A DNA stretch of 64,000 bases from positions 8,432,001 through 8,496,000 of the forward strand of contig NC_043011.1 in the NCBI RefSeq assembly GCF_006345805.1. Reading direction: 5' to 3'. The notes under the pieces are model-generated. The model made no database searches. It saw nothing but the letters and a program-made list of their open reading frames with translations, and was not told the DNA's origin. Within the stretch, counting starts at the first letter, position 1, and the number at the start of each line of letters is the position of its first letter. Shown here piece after piece: positions 1-13,925 of this stretch. The stretch is from Octopus sinensis (taxonomy: Eukaryota). Position numbers and translations under genes: made by a program.

Positions 1-125
1 TAGAAGGAAGGGCGAAATGCTATGCGGTATTTCGCGTGGAGTTCAAATTTCGCCGAGATCGACTCAGCCGTTCCAGGGTCGATAAAATAGGTAATAATTA
101 AGCAGGTCCATGTAATCGGTTTAAC
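1..125 (+). mobile_element. Degenerate SINE family A fragment
   Basis: gggcgaaatgc..gcggtatttcg..gagttcaaattt.gccgag.tcgact..gggtcgataaa matches the better-preserved copies at 8771 and 28984. Confidence 0.55.
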
Positions 126-383
126 TTTGAGTATAAAAAAAATATCTGTTCACAATGTACGAAGCCATGTCGAGCCAGTGAGACAGAGTAGGCTCATGAA
201 GCCAGCATGATCTAAAGGTCAACTCCATGGGCTTCACATCGGACCATGTTTGGCGGGTGGAACATGCACAGGTCTTCTTCCTGAGGCGGACTCATTATGG
301 GTAGTGCAAGCCAATCCAATCCAATCCAGTGAATTTTAGATTCTAAATACTCAGTAGACAAATGTCTAAAGTTATATATATAA

Positions 384-426
<43 letters not shown>

Positions 427-535
427 TATATAGATATATATATATATTATTAATATATATGTATATATATGTATATATATATACCTGGGTATTTACATGA
501 GTGATGACGCAACCTTTCATGTTCATGTTGCCAAA

Positions 536-1200
536 TTGGCAATGAAATGTCGGCGGCTGGCCGGATAAGAGACCAAGAAACCATGATGGTCCTCTGGAGG
601 ACACTTGTCCTAAGCCACTTTGACTATTGCTCTCAGCTATGGCCACCATCCAGTGTCAAGTTGATCACAGAACTTGAGGTGATCCAACGAAGCTACACGA
701 AGAAGATAGCCTCTGTGCAGCATATAAGCTAGTGGGAAAGACTCAAAAGATTAAGGCTCTATTCCTTAGAGCGTAGGCGAGAAAGATATGCCATAATATA
801 CATCTGGAAGATCCTAGAAGGACTTGTCCCAAACTTTGGCATCGAGAGTTACACAAATGCCAGAACTGGGCGCCACTGCGTGGTGCCAAGGGTTCCAAGT
901 TTGCCATCAAGATGTAGGACAAGATACTGTGATACCCTGGGCTTCAGAGGCCCACAGCTCTTCAATATCCTCCCGAAGAACCTAAAGGACCTGCATGGGG
1001 TGGATGCAGATGTCTTTAAAATGGAGCTGGATCTCTTCCTGTCAGGTGTCCCAGATGAACCAATTTCACTGGAGGAGGTGCAGATGAGGGCAGCTGCATC
1101 GAACTCTCTCATGCACCAAATGACAATTGCTAAAAAGCATTCGTGAAGTAAAATCATGTAGCAACACCAAATGGCGGTGCCCCACCATGGCCACAGCTTG
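536..1200 (+). pseudogene. CR1-group (CR1/L2/Crack-like) LINE, RT C-terminal fragment, 5'-truncated
   Basis: ORFs 547-732 and 880-1146 are in the same frame, separated by one stop (tag, 730-732). Joined reading: LVLSHFDYCSQLW..ELEVIQRSYTKKI..*WERLKRLRLYSLERRRERY..FRGPQLFNILP..FKMELDLFL, typical CR1-clade C-terminus. Confidence 0.8.
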
Positions 1201-1285
1201 TGAGCTGAAACTAGATAAAATAAAATAAAAATAAATTAAAAATATATATATACACACATAAATATACACACACACACACACACAC

Positions 1286-1317
<32 letters not shown>

Positions 1318-1733
1318 TTGTTAAACAGACAGACACACAAGTAAATAAATAGATACATAGACAAATAGATATATTTCGCCATGATGAATCGCTGAAATCG
1401 ACAAGTTGTTTTATTTCTTAATTTATTCTTTCTCTCTTTATATATATTTTTTTTCTCTTATTCCTTTCTATTGACAGAACGTAGACTCGAAACATAAAAT
1501 ACTTTCTCATTTTCGCGAGCATCAAACTAATACACCTGCCTGGTGTTCGTACACCCGTCTTCGTCCTTTGTTTCTCTATAAATTTCAACTATATTTGTGT
1601 GTGTGTGTGCGTGCATTAAAACCAAAGACATAAAATTCCGAATTAGCCTCCCACCTTATATATATGTGTGTGTGTGCGTGTATATGTGTGGTGCTTTTGC
1701 CTGTATTAATAATTGTATATATATTATTATCAT

Positions 1734-1776
<43 letters not shown>

Positions 1777-1888
1777 CTATATATATTATATGATATATAT
1801 TATATATATATATATATATTATATATATTATATTATATATATATATATATATATAATATATATATATATATATAGATATATATAATAT

Positions 1889-2294
1889 AGGCGCAGGAGT
1901 GCTGTGTGGTAAGTAGCTTGCTAACCAGCCACAGGGTTCCGGGTTCAGTCCCACTGCGTGGCATCTTGGGCAAGCGTCTTCTACTATAGCCTCGGGCCGA
2001 CCAAAGCCTTGAGTGGATTTGGTAGACGGAAACTGAAAGAAGCCCGTCATATATATGTATATATATATATATATATATATGCGCGTGTGTGTTTGTGTGT
2101 CTGTGTTTGTTCCCCTAGCATTGCTTGACAACCGATGCTGGTGTGTTTATGTCCCCGTTACTTAGCGGTTCGGCAAAAGAGACCGATAGAATAAGTACTG
2201 GGCTTAGAAAAAGAATAAATCCTTGGGTCGTGTTGCTCGAATAAAAGGCGGTGCTCCAGCATGGCCGCGGTCAGATGACTGAAACGAGTAAAAG

Positions 2295-2298
<4 letters not shown>
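1889..2298 (+). mobile_element. SINE family B (tRNA-derived), full length
   Basis: A box-like tgtgtggtaag, B box-like gggttcagtccc, cttgggcaag core, internal (TA)/(TG) tract, tail ggcggtgctccagcatggccgc..gactgaaac.agtaaaagag; many copies in window. Confidence 0.85.
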
Positions 2299-2338
<40 letters not shown>

Positions 2339-2863
2339 CTGGAGTCGATTTGTTCGGTTAAAACCCTTCAGGGCGGTGCTCCAGCATGGGCGGGGTGTAG
2401 TAAGAAGTCATTGACTGATGATTCAGTTTGCCCCCTGTAGGATTTCGGTACGTGATGTTGATAAACCACAAAAGTAGCCAAATATCGGTATCCATCACTC
2501 CTAAATGGGATTAGGAGCGAGTTGTCTCGTCTGGCTACGACCTTGAAATATTTTAATACCCGTTACTATGAGGGAGCTAACCCCAACGCGCTATGGGCAG
2601 CGTACCGGCGAACAAACAAAACACATTGAGTACATACGTTTGGTAATGTTCACAATACTAACGCTACTCATTGAACAAATGCCTGCGTGTGCGTGTGAGT
2701 GCGAGTGCGTGTGTGTGCGTGTGTGTGTTTGTGTGTGTGTTCATATATACACTCATAAAAATGTTCACATAGTTTCAACGTATCCATATAAGTATACGTA
2801 TGCATATCAAATTAATTCTGTATCTGTATGCATACACACACACACCTACACACACGGACACAG

Positions 2864-2934
<71 letters not shown>

Positions 2935-3012
2935 TATATATACATATGTATATATATATTTATATACATATATATATATAGATATACGTGTATGAATACT
3001 CACACGGACACA

Positions 3013-3050
<38 letters not shown>

Positions 3051-3158
3051 AATAATACATATATATATTACATATGTATATATATATTTATATACATATA
3101 TATATACATATACGTGTATGAATACTCACACGTATATATACTTATTTGTATATATACG

Positions 3159-3195
<37 letters not shown>

Positions 3196-3244
3196 AATAA
3201 ATATATACTCTATATATATATGTATATATATATATATATATATA

Positions 3245-3293
<49 letters not shown>

Positions 3294-3547
3294 TATAATA
3301 CGCGTATGTTAATAAGACACGAAGAGAAGGAATATCTGAAGTTTTCGGAAACGCCCTCTGTCAGAGAAAAATGTTGCTGAAGGCCACGATGATGTCTTTT
3401 CTTTATGCGAGGAAGCTTTTAGTTAGACACGACTGAGAAAATCTTCGGTATGGATTCGTATTTCAAACTCGCCCATACTTATTTACTGGAAACAGGCCGA
3501 CAGACAGACAGACAGGCAGGCAGGCAGACAGACAGACAGATAAATAG

Positions 3548-5552
3548 ATAAGTTTCTTTATTGGCCACACAGGGCTGCACACAGATAGGACAAGTTACAA
3601 GGTAGAGCTTTTCTTTTGGGGGAGAAAAAAAAGAAAAGAGAAAGGTGTTTTAGGTTTTCGATCAAAAGGGATCGTAAAAGGGAAAAAAGAACAAAAAGAA
3701 AGAAAAAAAGAAAAAAGGAAAAGAAAAAAAAGAAAAAAAGGAAAAGAAAAAAAGAAAAAGGGGAAAAAGAAAAGAAAAATGAAAAAAGAAGAAAAAAGAG
3801 GGAAAAAAGGGGGAGAGGAAAAAAACGATCAATAGGGATCGTGTATCACAGTGTCATGATGTATGGTGTAAAGGGGAAAGCAAGTAAGGTTTATCCGTGG
3901 GAAGAAAAGTCTACGAAAAAGACCACGGTAACCTTGATCAATATTGTTATATGTTACCACATTTGTTTGCAAGTGGGTAACCCTCTGTTTTCAATTTCTG
4001 GGTTCATAGGATCATGCTCAAGGTGGCTTCGTCATTCATACGTGCCATCCTTGCTACACTAATCCATCTTTTTTTAAAACATTCGCTAGACAAAACTTGC
4101 CTCTCTACTCTCACTTTCTTTTTCAAGTGGTACTTGAAGAAGTTGATGAGAGGTTGACCAGAGAGGAAAGTGTTTGTCTCCAATCCTTTCAGGCGCGTCC
4201 ACCAGATACATTCTTTCGCCATAGCCACAAGGATGATGAAAATAGCTCTTCCTTCCCGTTTGAAGGAAGGAGGCGTGACAATATTGACGATAGACTCAGC
4301 TGATAAACCGACTCGTCCCACACGTGACAGCAGTTGTTCGACATAAGCCCACAGGTCGGAAATTGTTGGACACTACAGGAGTGCGTGCAGAACGGTTTTG
4401 TCGCTCTGACCGCATCTCGGGCAGGTCGGCCCCGGATTTCTCGAGCCGTGTCTGTAGAGCTTATCCCGAACGGGTAGTGCTTCTCGGTAGCACTGCCAGG
4501 CCAGGGATCTCTGGAAGTTGTCCACGGGCCCTGGCCCGAAAGTCGTCCCGAACAGGCGGGTCAGGTATTCCTCGTCGACGTCCAGGTTCGCCCTGAGCTC
4601 GTCGTCGTACCTCCCCTCCACTAATCCCCTATAGAATGCTTTGGTTGTGATGTAGTCACTCAAGGTTGACCCAGGACGGCAGAGTTGCTTGAGAGCAACG
4701 CGACACTCGCGGTGCCATCGCCCTTCCTCAGCCACTTTTTGATCCACGATTGCAGTTCGGTCATGGAGATGAGCTGCGGGAAAGCGTGCCTCACAAACGG
4801 CGACCATACCTGTTCACCGTCGTCTACAGAGAGCCTGAGATGTCGCAGTCTCAGCGCGTGTCTGCGCATCACCAACCACGGCATGTCCAGTCCTCCTTTT
4901 AACGGGTGTTGACAGCAAATGGATCGCCTGACCATCGGGACGCATCCTTTTCACAAGAAGCGAAAGAGAATGTGTTCTAATTTGGTGATGGTAGGGTCGG
5001 GACAAGGCACGACGGTCAGGCGGTAGTAGATGACGGACGCGATGTACGTGTTCGCCACCTCCGCCCGACTCGTTCCAGTTCTTCTCCATTTGGAGGTCCG
5101 GAACGAACCAGACCCCGAGCAACTCGACCGGACCGTCGGTCCAGCGTCCCACAGCGGAGGCGCTGGTGGACGGCATGGGCTTGCTTCTCCAGGAGCCTAG
5201 TCGCAAGCCCACTGACTTTTCCCGGTTGATTTTCGCTCCTGTCACCGCTTCGTAGTTTTTCAGTGTCTCGCCGACTTGCTCTATGTGCTCGTGGCTAGAC
5301 ACTATGACGGTGACGTCGTCCGCGTATGCAGACACGCTCGTCCCGCATCCCAGTTCTCGCGGGATGCCCCTCAGAGTTGCCAGCTTCCGCAATAGTGGCT
5401 CGAGAGTCAATACGTATAGAAGCGACGAGAGGGGGTATCCCTGACGAACCGAACGTGCGATGTCGAAGGGTCTCGATAGATGTCCATTTACGCGAATTAC
5501 CGAACGGATGTCTCTGTACAAAGCGGCTATCCAGCCGCGGAAGACGAGACCA
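3548..5552 (-). mobile_element. Tx1/L1-like LINE, GATA-associated family, copy A (5'-truncated in RT)
   Basis: Minus-strand ORFs with VRQGYPLSSLLY, SAYADDVTV, INREKS, CPRCGQSDKTVLHALL zinc finger; 3' UTR ends ..cagccctgtgtggccaataaagaaa then (TCTA/TCTG)n. Confidence 0.9.
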
Positions 5553-6110
<558 letters not shown>

Positions 6111-6271
6111 TAGGTGGTAGGGAGAAGTTAAACAGCAGAAAATTAATCTATTAATGATACACAATTGCTTAACTATTATAATATGTATGCATGCCTGTAT
6201 GTATGTATGTTTGTTTGTATGTATGTATGCATATTTATGCCTATGTGTGAATAGCTATATATAAATACTCA

Positions 6272-6319
<48 letters not shown>

Positions 6320-6866
6320 TTGTGAGTGTGTATATTCATGCATGTGTATGTATATGTGTGTGTGTGATTGTGTGTGTGTATGTGTGGGTATGAATGTGAA
6401 TTATGTGGCACGCCACAGAGTATATGAATTAAATTACTTTATATACCTCGTTACATTAAATACTTGTATGTAATTTTGTGGTTTTGAATGCCCCGTGAGT
6501 TTATTCGGTCTATGAACTAAAATCATTGCTATTCCATCAGCTTAGACGCGGTTAAAACTACGGAAGCAATTGCACTTAGTTTGCGTATCTGTTAATATGG
6601 AGTTTACACTGTCAAAGCTAGAAAATCTTTTCTCGGACTATTCCTTTAATAATGTCATCCAAGTGGACGGTATTGTCCATGTCACTAACATGGATCCAGT
6701 TTACAGCGTCTATAAAGCATTACAATCACTATAAAAACGGTTCCAGACAAATTTTACTGTACAAACCTAGAACACTTTCAAGAGCAGCTTCAAACAACGA
6801 ACATACTCTTTCAGATATAGATATAAGATAAACACCACCTCTCTTTCTCTCTCACTATACCCCCCC

Positions 6867-6904
<38 letters not shown>

Positions 6905-7508
6905 CCTACACATATCTCTCTCAGTTTAACTGGAAACGGAAAGACAATAGCGTTAAAAAGGAATGGTTTATCCTAGAGTCTACAGGATATTTGAAGCGAT
7001 ATACTCCGTTTGCGCATTTCGTTTATTGTAGAAATTCTATATTCTTGCACAGGAACAACGCTCAGTTGAAGAGGAGAAAAATCTATGGTTCATTACAAAC
7101 AGGTTAGCTATTGTTATGATCAAAGAATGATAACCTCCAGTGTACCAGGCATGATAAGCGCTAATCAGTTCTTGATTTCTATAACATCAACGGCATTGTT
7201 CGGAATGAACTTCATCAGGTGATAACTTGTAACCGATGACAACAGGAACGTGTATCAAAATCTATTTACTGCGTGTAACTCTGGGTACCTCTGGTGTAAA
7301 ACGGCAAATTTTTGTGAACAAATAAACTCTGCAACATATATTGAGAACTCTTTTTCTTCTTTACATTTCCAAACACACACATATACACATACGATTGTGT
7401 GTGTGTGTACGTACATATATATATATATGCATACACACATATGCAAGTATATGCCACTCACACACATGCCATATATTGAGAGAGCAAGAGATACATCCAT
7501 TGACATTC

Positions 7509-7549
<41 letters not shown>

Positions 7550-8312
7550 AATATATATATACATACATATACATATGCACACACACATACATGCATATAC
7601 ATATATATATATATATACATCTGGTTTGCAAAGACACAACAATATGTATATATGTGTGTGTGTATGTGTGTGTGTGCGTCCGTGTGTGTGTGTGCGTCCG
7701 TGTGTGCGCGTGCGTCCGTGTGTGTGCGTGCGTCTGTGTGTGTGTGTATTTATATACATACATACATACATACGAACATACATACATATAGAGAGAACGG
7801 CTGTATGTAAACTTCAGACTATTTAGCGCTTATGTTATAGCTAATTACTATTTATATACAGGGGTTGCTCTAATTGTTAATTACCCAAGAATTCCAGTGT
7901 GGTGCTGGACTATGATCGACCCTAATTAGAGTAGTCTATTTAATGGTGGAGAAGTATTTGGTAAATTGTCTACGATTCTCATGGCAAATGAGAGGAATCT
8001 AGATTGTTAAACACATCCGTGAAATAAGAATAAAGAAAAACACGTCGAAATTTGTTAATTTGCTATTTTGATAGTCACACACACACACACACACACACAC
8101 TACACACACACACAAACACACACACACACACACATACACACACACACATACACACACACGTGCACACTTATTCACACATGCACACGTAGTTGCATGCATA
8201 TCTACATATCTATCTGTCTATCAATCTAGCTATCTATTTCTCTGTCTCCCTCTCTGTCTCTGTCTGTCTGTCTGTCCCTATCTCTCTCTCTCTTTCTCTC
8301 TCTCTCTATCTT

Positions 8313-8351
<39 letters not shown>

Positions 8352-8367
8352 GCACATATATATATAT

Positions 8368-8700
8368 ATGGTGGTGGTGGTGGCGGTGGTGGTGGCGGCG
8401 GCGGTGGTGGTGCTGGTGGTGTCGGTGGTGGTAGTGGTGGTGGTGGTGGTAGTGTCGGTGGTGGCGGTGGTGGTGGTAGTGGTGTTGGTGATGGTGGCGG
8501 GTGTGGTATTCGTGACGACGCTGATAATTCTGCAACAAAAAGTACCGTTACTTCTGAGATGGTGGCGTCTCTGGTAGTTGTTATGGTAACGGTGCTCGTG
8601 TTTATAATGTTATAGATGAAGCTAGCGGTGGTGGTGGTGGTGGTGGTGGTGGTGATGATGATAGTAGCGGTTACTATGGTGATGATGGAGATAGTCATAG
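8368..8700. repeat. (GGT)n degenerate microsatellite
   Basis: Direct inspection. Confidence 0.85.
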
Positions 8701-8770
8701 TTTGTGTGAGTGAAGGTGCTTGTAAGAGAGAATAGAGTTGTATCAATGATGATGATTATGTTGATATCGA

Positions 8771-9175
8771 AGGCGGCGAGGTGGCAGAAACGTTAGCACG
8801 CCGGGCGAAATGCGTAGCGGTATTTCGTCTGGCGCAACGTTGTGAGTTCAAATTCCGCTGAGGTCGACTTTGCCTTTCATCCTTTCGGGTTCGATAAATT
8901 AAGTACCAGTTACGCACTGGGGTCGATGTAATCGACTTAATACCTATGTCTGTCCTTGTTTGTCCCCTCTGTGTTTAGCCACTTGTGGGTAGTAAAGAAA
9001 TAGGTATTTCGTATGCCGTTACGTTCTGAGTTGAAATTCCACCAAGGTCGACTTTGCCTTTCATCCTTTCGGGGTCGATAAATTAAGTACCAGTTACGCA
9101 CGGGGCTCGATGTAATCGACTGAATCCGTTTGTCTGTCCTTGTTTGTCCTCTCTGTGTTTAGCCCCTTGTGTGTG
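8771..9175 (+). mobile_element. SINE family A, head-to-tail dimer
   Basis: tRNA-like head (tggcagaaacgttag; gagttcaaattcc), central gcctttcatcctttcggggtcgataaattaagtaccag, tail tgtgggtagtaaagaaat; second unit starts at aggtatttcg (9002). Confidence 0.85.
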
Positions 9176-9194
9176 TGGAGAGAGAGAGAGAGAG

Positions 9195-9592
9195 GGGGTG
9201 ATGAGTGTAGTGAGTTAGCATTTTGGGTGTTGTACCAAGTGCACCCATTACTACAGGAGTAACTATTGCCTTCATCTTTCACAGTCTCCTCAGTTCACTG
9301 GCAACCTCCTCATTTCTCTCAATTTTTTTTTCCATTTCTTTTGTATGAACTCTTAGGGAACTGCAAAATCTATTATTATAGGTTCTTTATTTTGCCTTCT
9401 GTGATCATTATCGGATCTTGCTTCGATAGTTCGGTAAGCTTGTAATTCTCCTTTTCTAACACAGCCACTTGTCGCTTTGAAACCATACACTTGGCTAACA
9501 TCCCAATTCAATCTTTTGCTTACATAATCATGTCTTCGCTTATTTTTCATTTTGCGTTAGTATACTCACTCAAAGCTGATTCATACTTTCGT
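9195..9592 (-). pseudogene. R4/Dong-like RLE non-LTR retrotransposon fragment 1
   Basis: Minus strand KRRHDYVSKRLNWD..IIIDFAVP and, frameshifted, KMKAIVTPVVMGALGTTPK, matching the RHD..PDI..D..P..PVVIGALG restriction-like endonuclease domain; 5' side abuts (ATT/ATC)n. Confidence 0.7.
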
Positions 9593-9607
9593 ATTATTAT
9601 TATTATT

Positions 9608-9731
<124 letters not shown>

Positions 9732-9740
9732 TAATATTAT

Positions 9741-9974
9741 TTTTCTTCCTTTTTTTTCTTCTTTCAAATTTGCTTCCATTTCTTGCCGAGTGTCTTCCCG
9801 ACTCCTAGGGCAAAGAAACTCATAGTATACATTGGTAGGCCATTAAACTAAACTCACTAGTTCGTTCATTTCTTTTTTTTAAGTTAAATTAAAATACATG
9901 GGTAGTAATAGTTCTCACATCGACAATGCTCTTCTCAATACGTGTGATGTACCAGTTAAGACAATCTTTTGCAC
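9741..9974 (-). mobile_element. R4/Dong-like element, extreme 3' end (fragment 2)
   Basis: Minus strand QKIVLTGTSHVLRRALSM* (stop 9915-9917), homologous to QKIALLGTAHILRRTLSIQ* of fragment 3, plus 3' UTR; (ATT)n on both sides. Confidence 0.75.
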
Positions 9975-10039
<65 letters not shown>

Positions 10040-10057
10040 ACTATTATTATTATTATT

Positions 10058-10500
10058 CAGTAGTTTTATTTTTATAGCGTGCTTTCACTTCACTACCGAT
10101 CGCAGCTCTGTGTGCCTTGGTTATGTGCTGTGATTTGTTGTGATGCTCTGGTGGTTACTGTATTGAAAGTGTTCTACGTAGGATGTGTGCAGTGCCCAGT
10201 AGTGCAATTTTCTGTATGTTATATATATTTGTAAGTCCTGGTGTTTTTGTTATGTATTTATCTGAATATTTTCTTATCATGCCTAATGCACCTACTATGA
10301 TAGGAATTGTCTCTGTTTTTTGATTCCACATTCGAGTTACCTCTATTTCCAGGTCTTTGTATTTTGAAAGTTTTTCCATTTCTTTTAGAAATGGTATTAA
10401 TACATCAATTAGAAAGCATTGTTTTTCTTCATGATCTCTGACAACTATATCTGGCATATTGGCATTAATTTCTCTATCTGTGTGTATCGGCATATCCCAG
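10058..10500 (-). pseudogene. R4/Dong-like RLE element 3' fragment 3
   Basis: WDMPIHTDREINANMPDIVVRD..FLIDVLIP..EKLSKYKDLEIEVTRMW..PIIVGALG: PD..D-x-K type RLE domain; (ATT)n on both sides. Confidence 0.88.
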
Positions 10501-10502
10501 AA

Positions 10503-10550
<48 letters not shown>

Positions 10551-10558
10551 CATTATTA

Positions 10559-10611
<53 letters not shown>

Positions 10612-10772
10612 GCTATTATTATTAATTTTTGATAGTGTTGTACAAAGATAACTTTCATTGCTGTTACTGTTAAACGTTTCGTTGTTATCGCTTGCATTGT
10701 TGCTGTTGTTGTTGTTGTTGTTGTTGCTGTTGTTTTCTTTGTTGTTGCTTCTTTTCTCACTACATTCATCAC

Positions 10773-10809
<37 letters not shown>

Positions 10810-11529
10810 ACACACATACACACCGAAACGTAGACAGATTCAATCCGCCCTCAATTTACCCCCGTCCCACCCTTTCCTTCCCACCCTTTCCTTTCCACCA
10901 GTCTGTGTATGATGTCAAAGCAGACATGTGTTGAATTATTTTTGTTGTTGTCATTATTGTCGTTGTTGCTGTGGCTATTGTTGTTGTTGTTGTTGTTGAT
11001 GTTTTCCTCCTCCCCCACACACACCATGCCCACCGCCTTCACAGATACGACAGTCCAATCCGATCTCAACCCCTCCGTCCTCCACACACACACACACCAC
11101 ATCCTAACTTCTTCTCTTCCGCTCTCCCAGCCTTCCCGTCAGCCCCCGCGCATGATGTCACAATGGACAAACGTTGAGAGTTTATCAGACGTCGCCACAA
11201 TCGCCGTCATGTGACTAAACCAGCAATATAACTAATGAAATAGCATACACACAGCCACAGACACACACACACATACACACACCTACACAAAACCACTTAC
11301 ACATACGCATATCAAATTTGTTCAATCCGATAGGCGAGGGATCAAATCCAATCATAAAAGCTTTATTTTTATTTCTTGATGTATCATGCGTGTGTATGTG
11401 CTTCTGTGTATGTAAGTTTGATTGGGGGGGGGGTTGTGAAGGTGCAAAACCTCGTGATTAGTATGTCACTCTCCTGATAGCGAGGTCGTAGTTTCGATTC
11501 TCCGTACCTGCTGGAACACCAACTTAAAG

Positions 11530-11685
11530 GGTTTTCAAGCGAAGAAATCGGCCCCAGCACTCATTTTTCTTAAGCCTAGTATTTGTTCTATCCGTGTCTT
11601 TAGCTGAACCGCTAAATTGCGGAACATAGACTCAGCAGCATCGGTCGTCAAGCGATGGCAGTCACAAACACAGACACAAATATTC
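11530..11685 (-). mobile_element. SINE family B 3' half, degenerate
   Basis: Reverse complement of cgcttgacgaccgatgctg..ttagcggttc.gc.aaaga..gatagaa.aa.tact. Confidence 0.55.
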
Positions 11686-11714
11686 AGATAAATACTTAAC
11701 AAAAACACCAGGAC

Positions 11715-12900
11715 GATGTGAGCATGGGGTCATATGATGGGGCAGGCATTTGCGATCTTATTGGATTTTTTCTCCTAGATACCTTAGGTAAGACATTCCC
11801 TAACGTACATTTTGCCATCTACAAAGATGATGCCCTCGCCTTAACAGCTAATACATATGGACCAGCACAAGATCGTTTTAGGAAGGATATTATCCAGTAA
11901 TGAAATACTTCGGACTTAGTATAACTATAGATACTAACCTGACGGTTGTCAATTTCTTAGACGTTTCCTTGAGATCTTAATAAGAATATTTATAAGCCTT
12001 ATAGGAAGCCCAATGATAGACTAAGTTATATTAATGTAGTTCATGCCATCTCCCCTATAGTATTCAAGAATTTATTTTAAAATTATAGTAAGAGAATTTC
12101 TAGCCTCTCCTCTGATAAGGACATTTTCAATAGCGTTGCCCCAGTTTATAATAAGGCTTTAAAAGATAGTGGTTTTTAGCGAAAAATAAAATATACACCC
12201 GTTACTACCCAACAGTAAGGAAAAGGAAATAATAGAAATAGGAAGGTCATCTGGTTTACACCCCCTTACTCAACCCGAGGTGGCCTTCAATATAGTAAAT
12301 ATTTCCTAGCACTGATAGATAGACATTTTCCAGTTAACCATATTATAGAAAACTCTTCAAGAGACACAATTAAAAATTAGTTTTAGTTCCACTACCAATT
12401 TTAAAAACATAATCAAACATAACATACAAAAAACACAACAAGAAAACAGCTGTTCATGCAGGAATAAAGAATTGTGCCCGCTAAATGGAGCATGCATGTC
12501 CAAGACCATCATATATGAAGCTACCGTAGACTCTATAACCACTAAAGACACCGTTTCGACGAAGAAATACGTGAGCCTTTCAAGGCCAGGTTCAATAACC
12601 ACACTTTGAGCTTTAGGCACTGGCACAAAAGAAAAGCGACACAATTATCTAATCATTTTTGGTCTTTAAGAGATAAAGGTATCGATTATAACATACTTTG
12701 GAAGATTTTGGCCAAATGTAAGCCCTATACCAACGGCCACGGAAGGTGCGGTCTATGCGACATGTAGAGATGACTTATCTGGAAAAGCAGCTTAGACCCT
12801 ACTACATGTCTAAACTCAAGGACAGAACTTTTCGGATCATGCCCATGTGGGACTAAATTTCTGTTACGTTTTTGGTCCCCTAAAGAAAACAGATAGAACA
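11715..12900 (+). pseudogene. Penelope-like element RT + C-terminal GIY-YIG remnant (Naiad-like)
   Basis: MGSYDGAGICDLIG..IYKDDAL..VNFLDVSL..YRKPND..RKVIWFTP..CSCRNKELCPLNGAC..IIYEATV..TQLSNHFWSLRDKG..WKIL..CGLC, with many stops and frameshifts. Naiad assignment is from remembered motif pattern only. Confidence 0.8.
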
Positions 12901-13373
12901 TGCTTTCTATGCTATGTCCCAAGGTTTTTTTTTACCTCATCATACCTTCTATCATATATTCTTTATATATATTTTATATATATATTTTATATATTTTTTA
13001 TATATTTTTTATGTATTTTTATATAATTTTTTATGGCGAAAAATGCGAGTGAAGATGTGTACGTTACATAGCGATGTATAAGATACGCGGGAAGCAGAGT
13101 TATAACATAATTTCCTTTGTATAACGTATTTTTTCATAGCGTTTCAAATAGCCAGATACCGAAGAGATGGCGTTGTGGATTCCCATTTCGGCATCTGAAA
13201 CTCAAGTTTTTATCTTGACTATCGAGTAATGTATTATATATATAGATATATATAATATATATATATATATATATAGATATACTATATATACATATATATA
13301 TATACTATAATATATACCATATCTATATTAAAATATACATATATATATATACATAATATATATACATATATAT

Positions 13374-13414
<41 letters not shown>

Positions 13415-13474
13415 ATATATATACATATATATATACATATATATATATATACATATATATACATATATATATAC

Positions 13475-13534
<60 letters not shown>

Positions 13535-13664
13535 TACATATATATATAGATATATATATTTATAATATATATATATAATATATATATATATATACATATA
13601 TATATACATATAATATATATTATACATATATATATACATATATATACATATATAATATATTATT

Positions 13665-13711
<47 letters not shown>

Positions 13712-13727
13712 CATATATATATATATA

Positions 13728-13890
13728 CGACGGGCTTCTTTCAGTTATCATGTATTAAAATCCACTCAGAAGGATTTGGTCGGCGCAAGGCTATAGTAGA
13801 AGACCTTGCTTGAGATGACACGCGCACTCACTGAATCCGGAACCATGTGGTTGAGAAGCACGCTTCTTACCACACAGCCACGTCTGCATC
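13728..13890 (-). mobile_element. SINE family B 5' half
   Basis: Reverse complement of gacgtggctgtgtggtaagaagc..ggttccggattcagt..cttctactatagcc..cagaagcccgtcg. Confidence 0.7.
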
Positions 13891-13925
13891 TCTCTCTCTC
13901 TCTTTATATATATATATATATATTT

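Noticed and set aside
1733-3312. YI/HT/CV-rich ORFs here and throughout the window
   Set aside because: Translations of (TA)n and (CA)n microsatellites.
7215-7245. Hammerhead on minus strand (ctgatga-agttc..gaac)
   Set aside because: No GAAA after stem II and no stem III or cleavage triplet.
8190-8746. Gly-rich or poly-His/Pro ORFs, also at 61551-62392
   Set aside because: (GGT)n microsatellite artefacts without splice or codon support.
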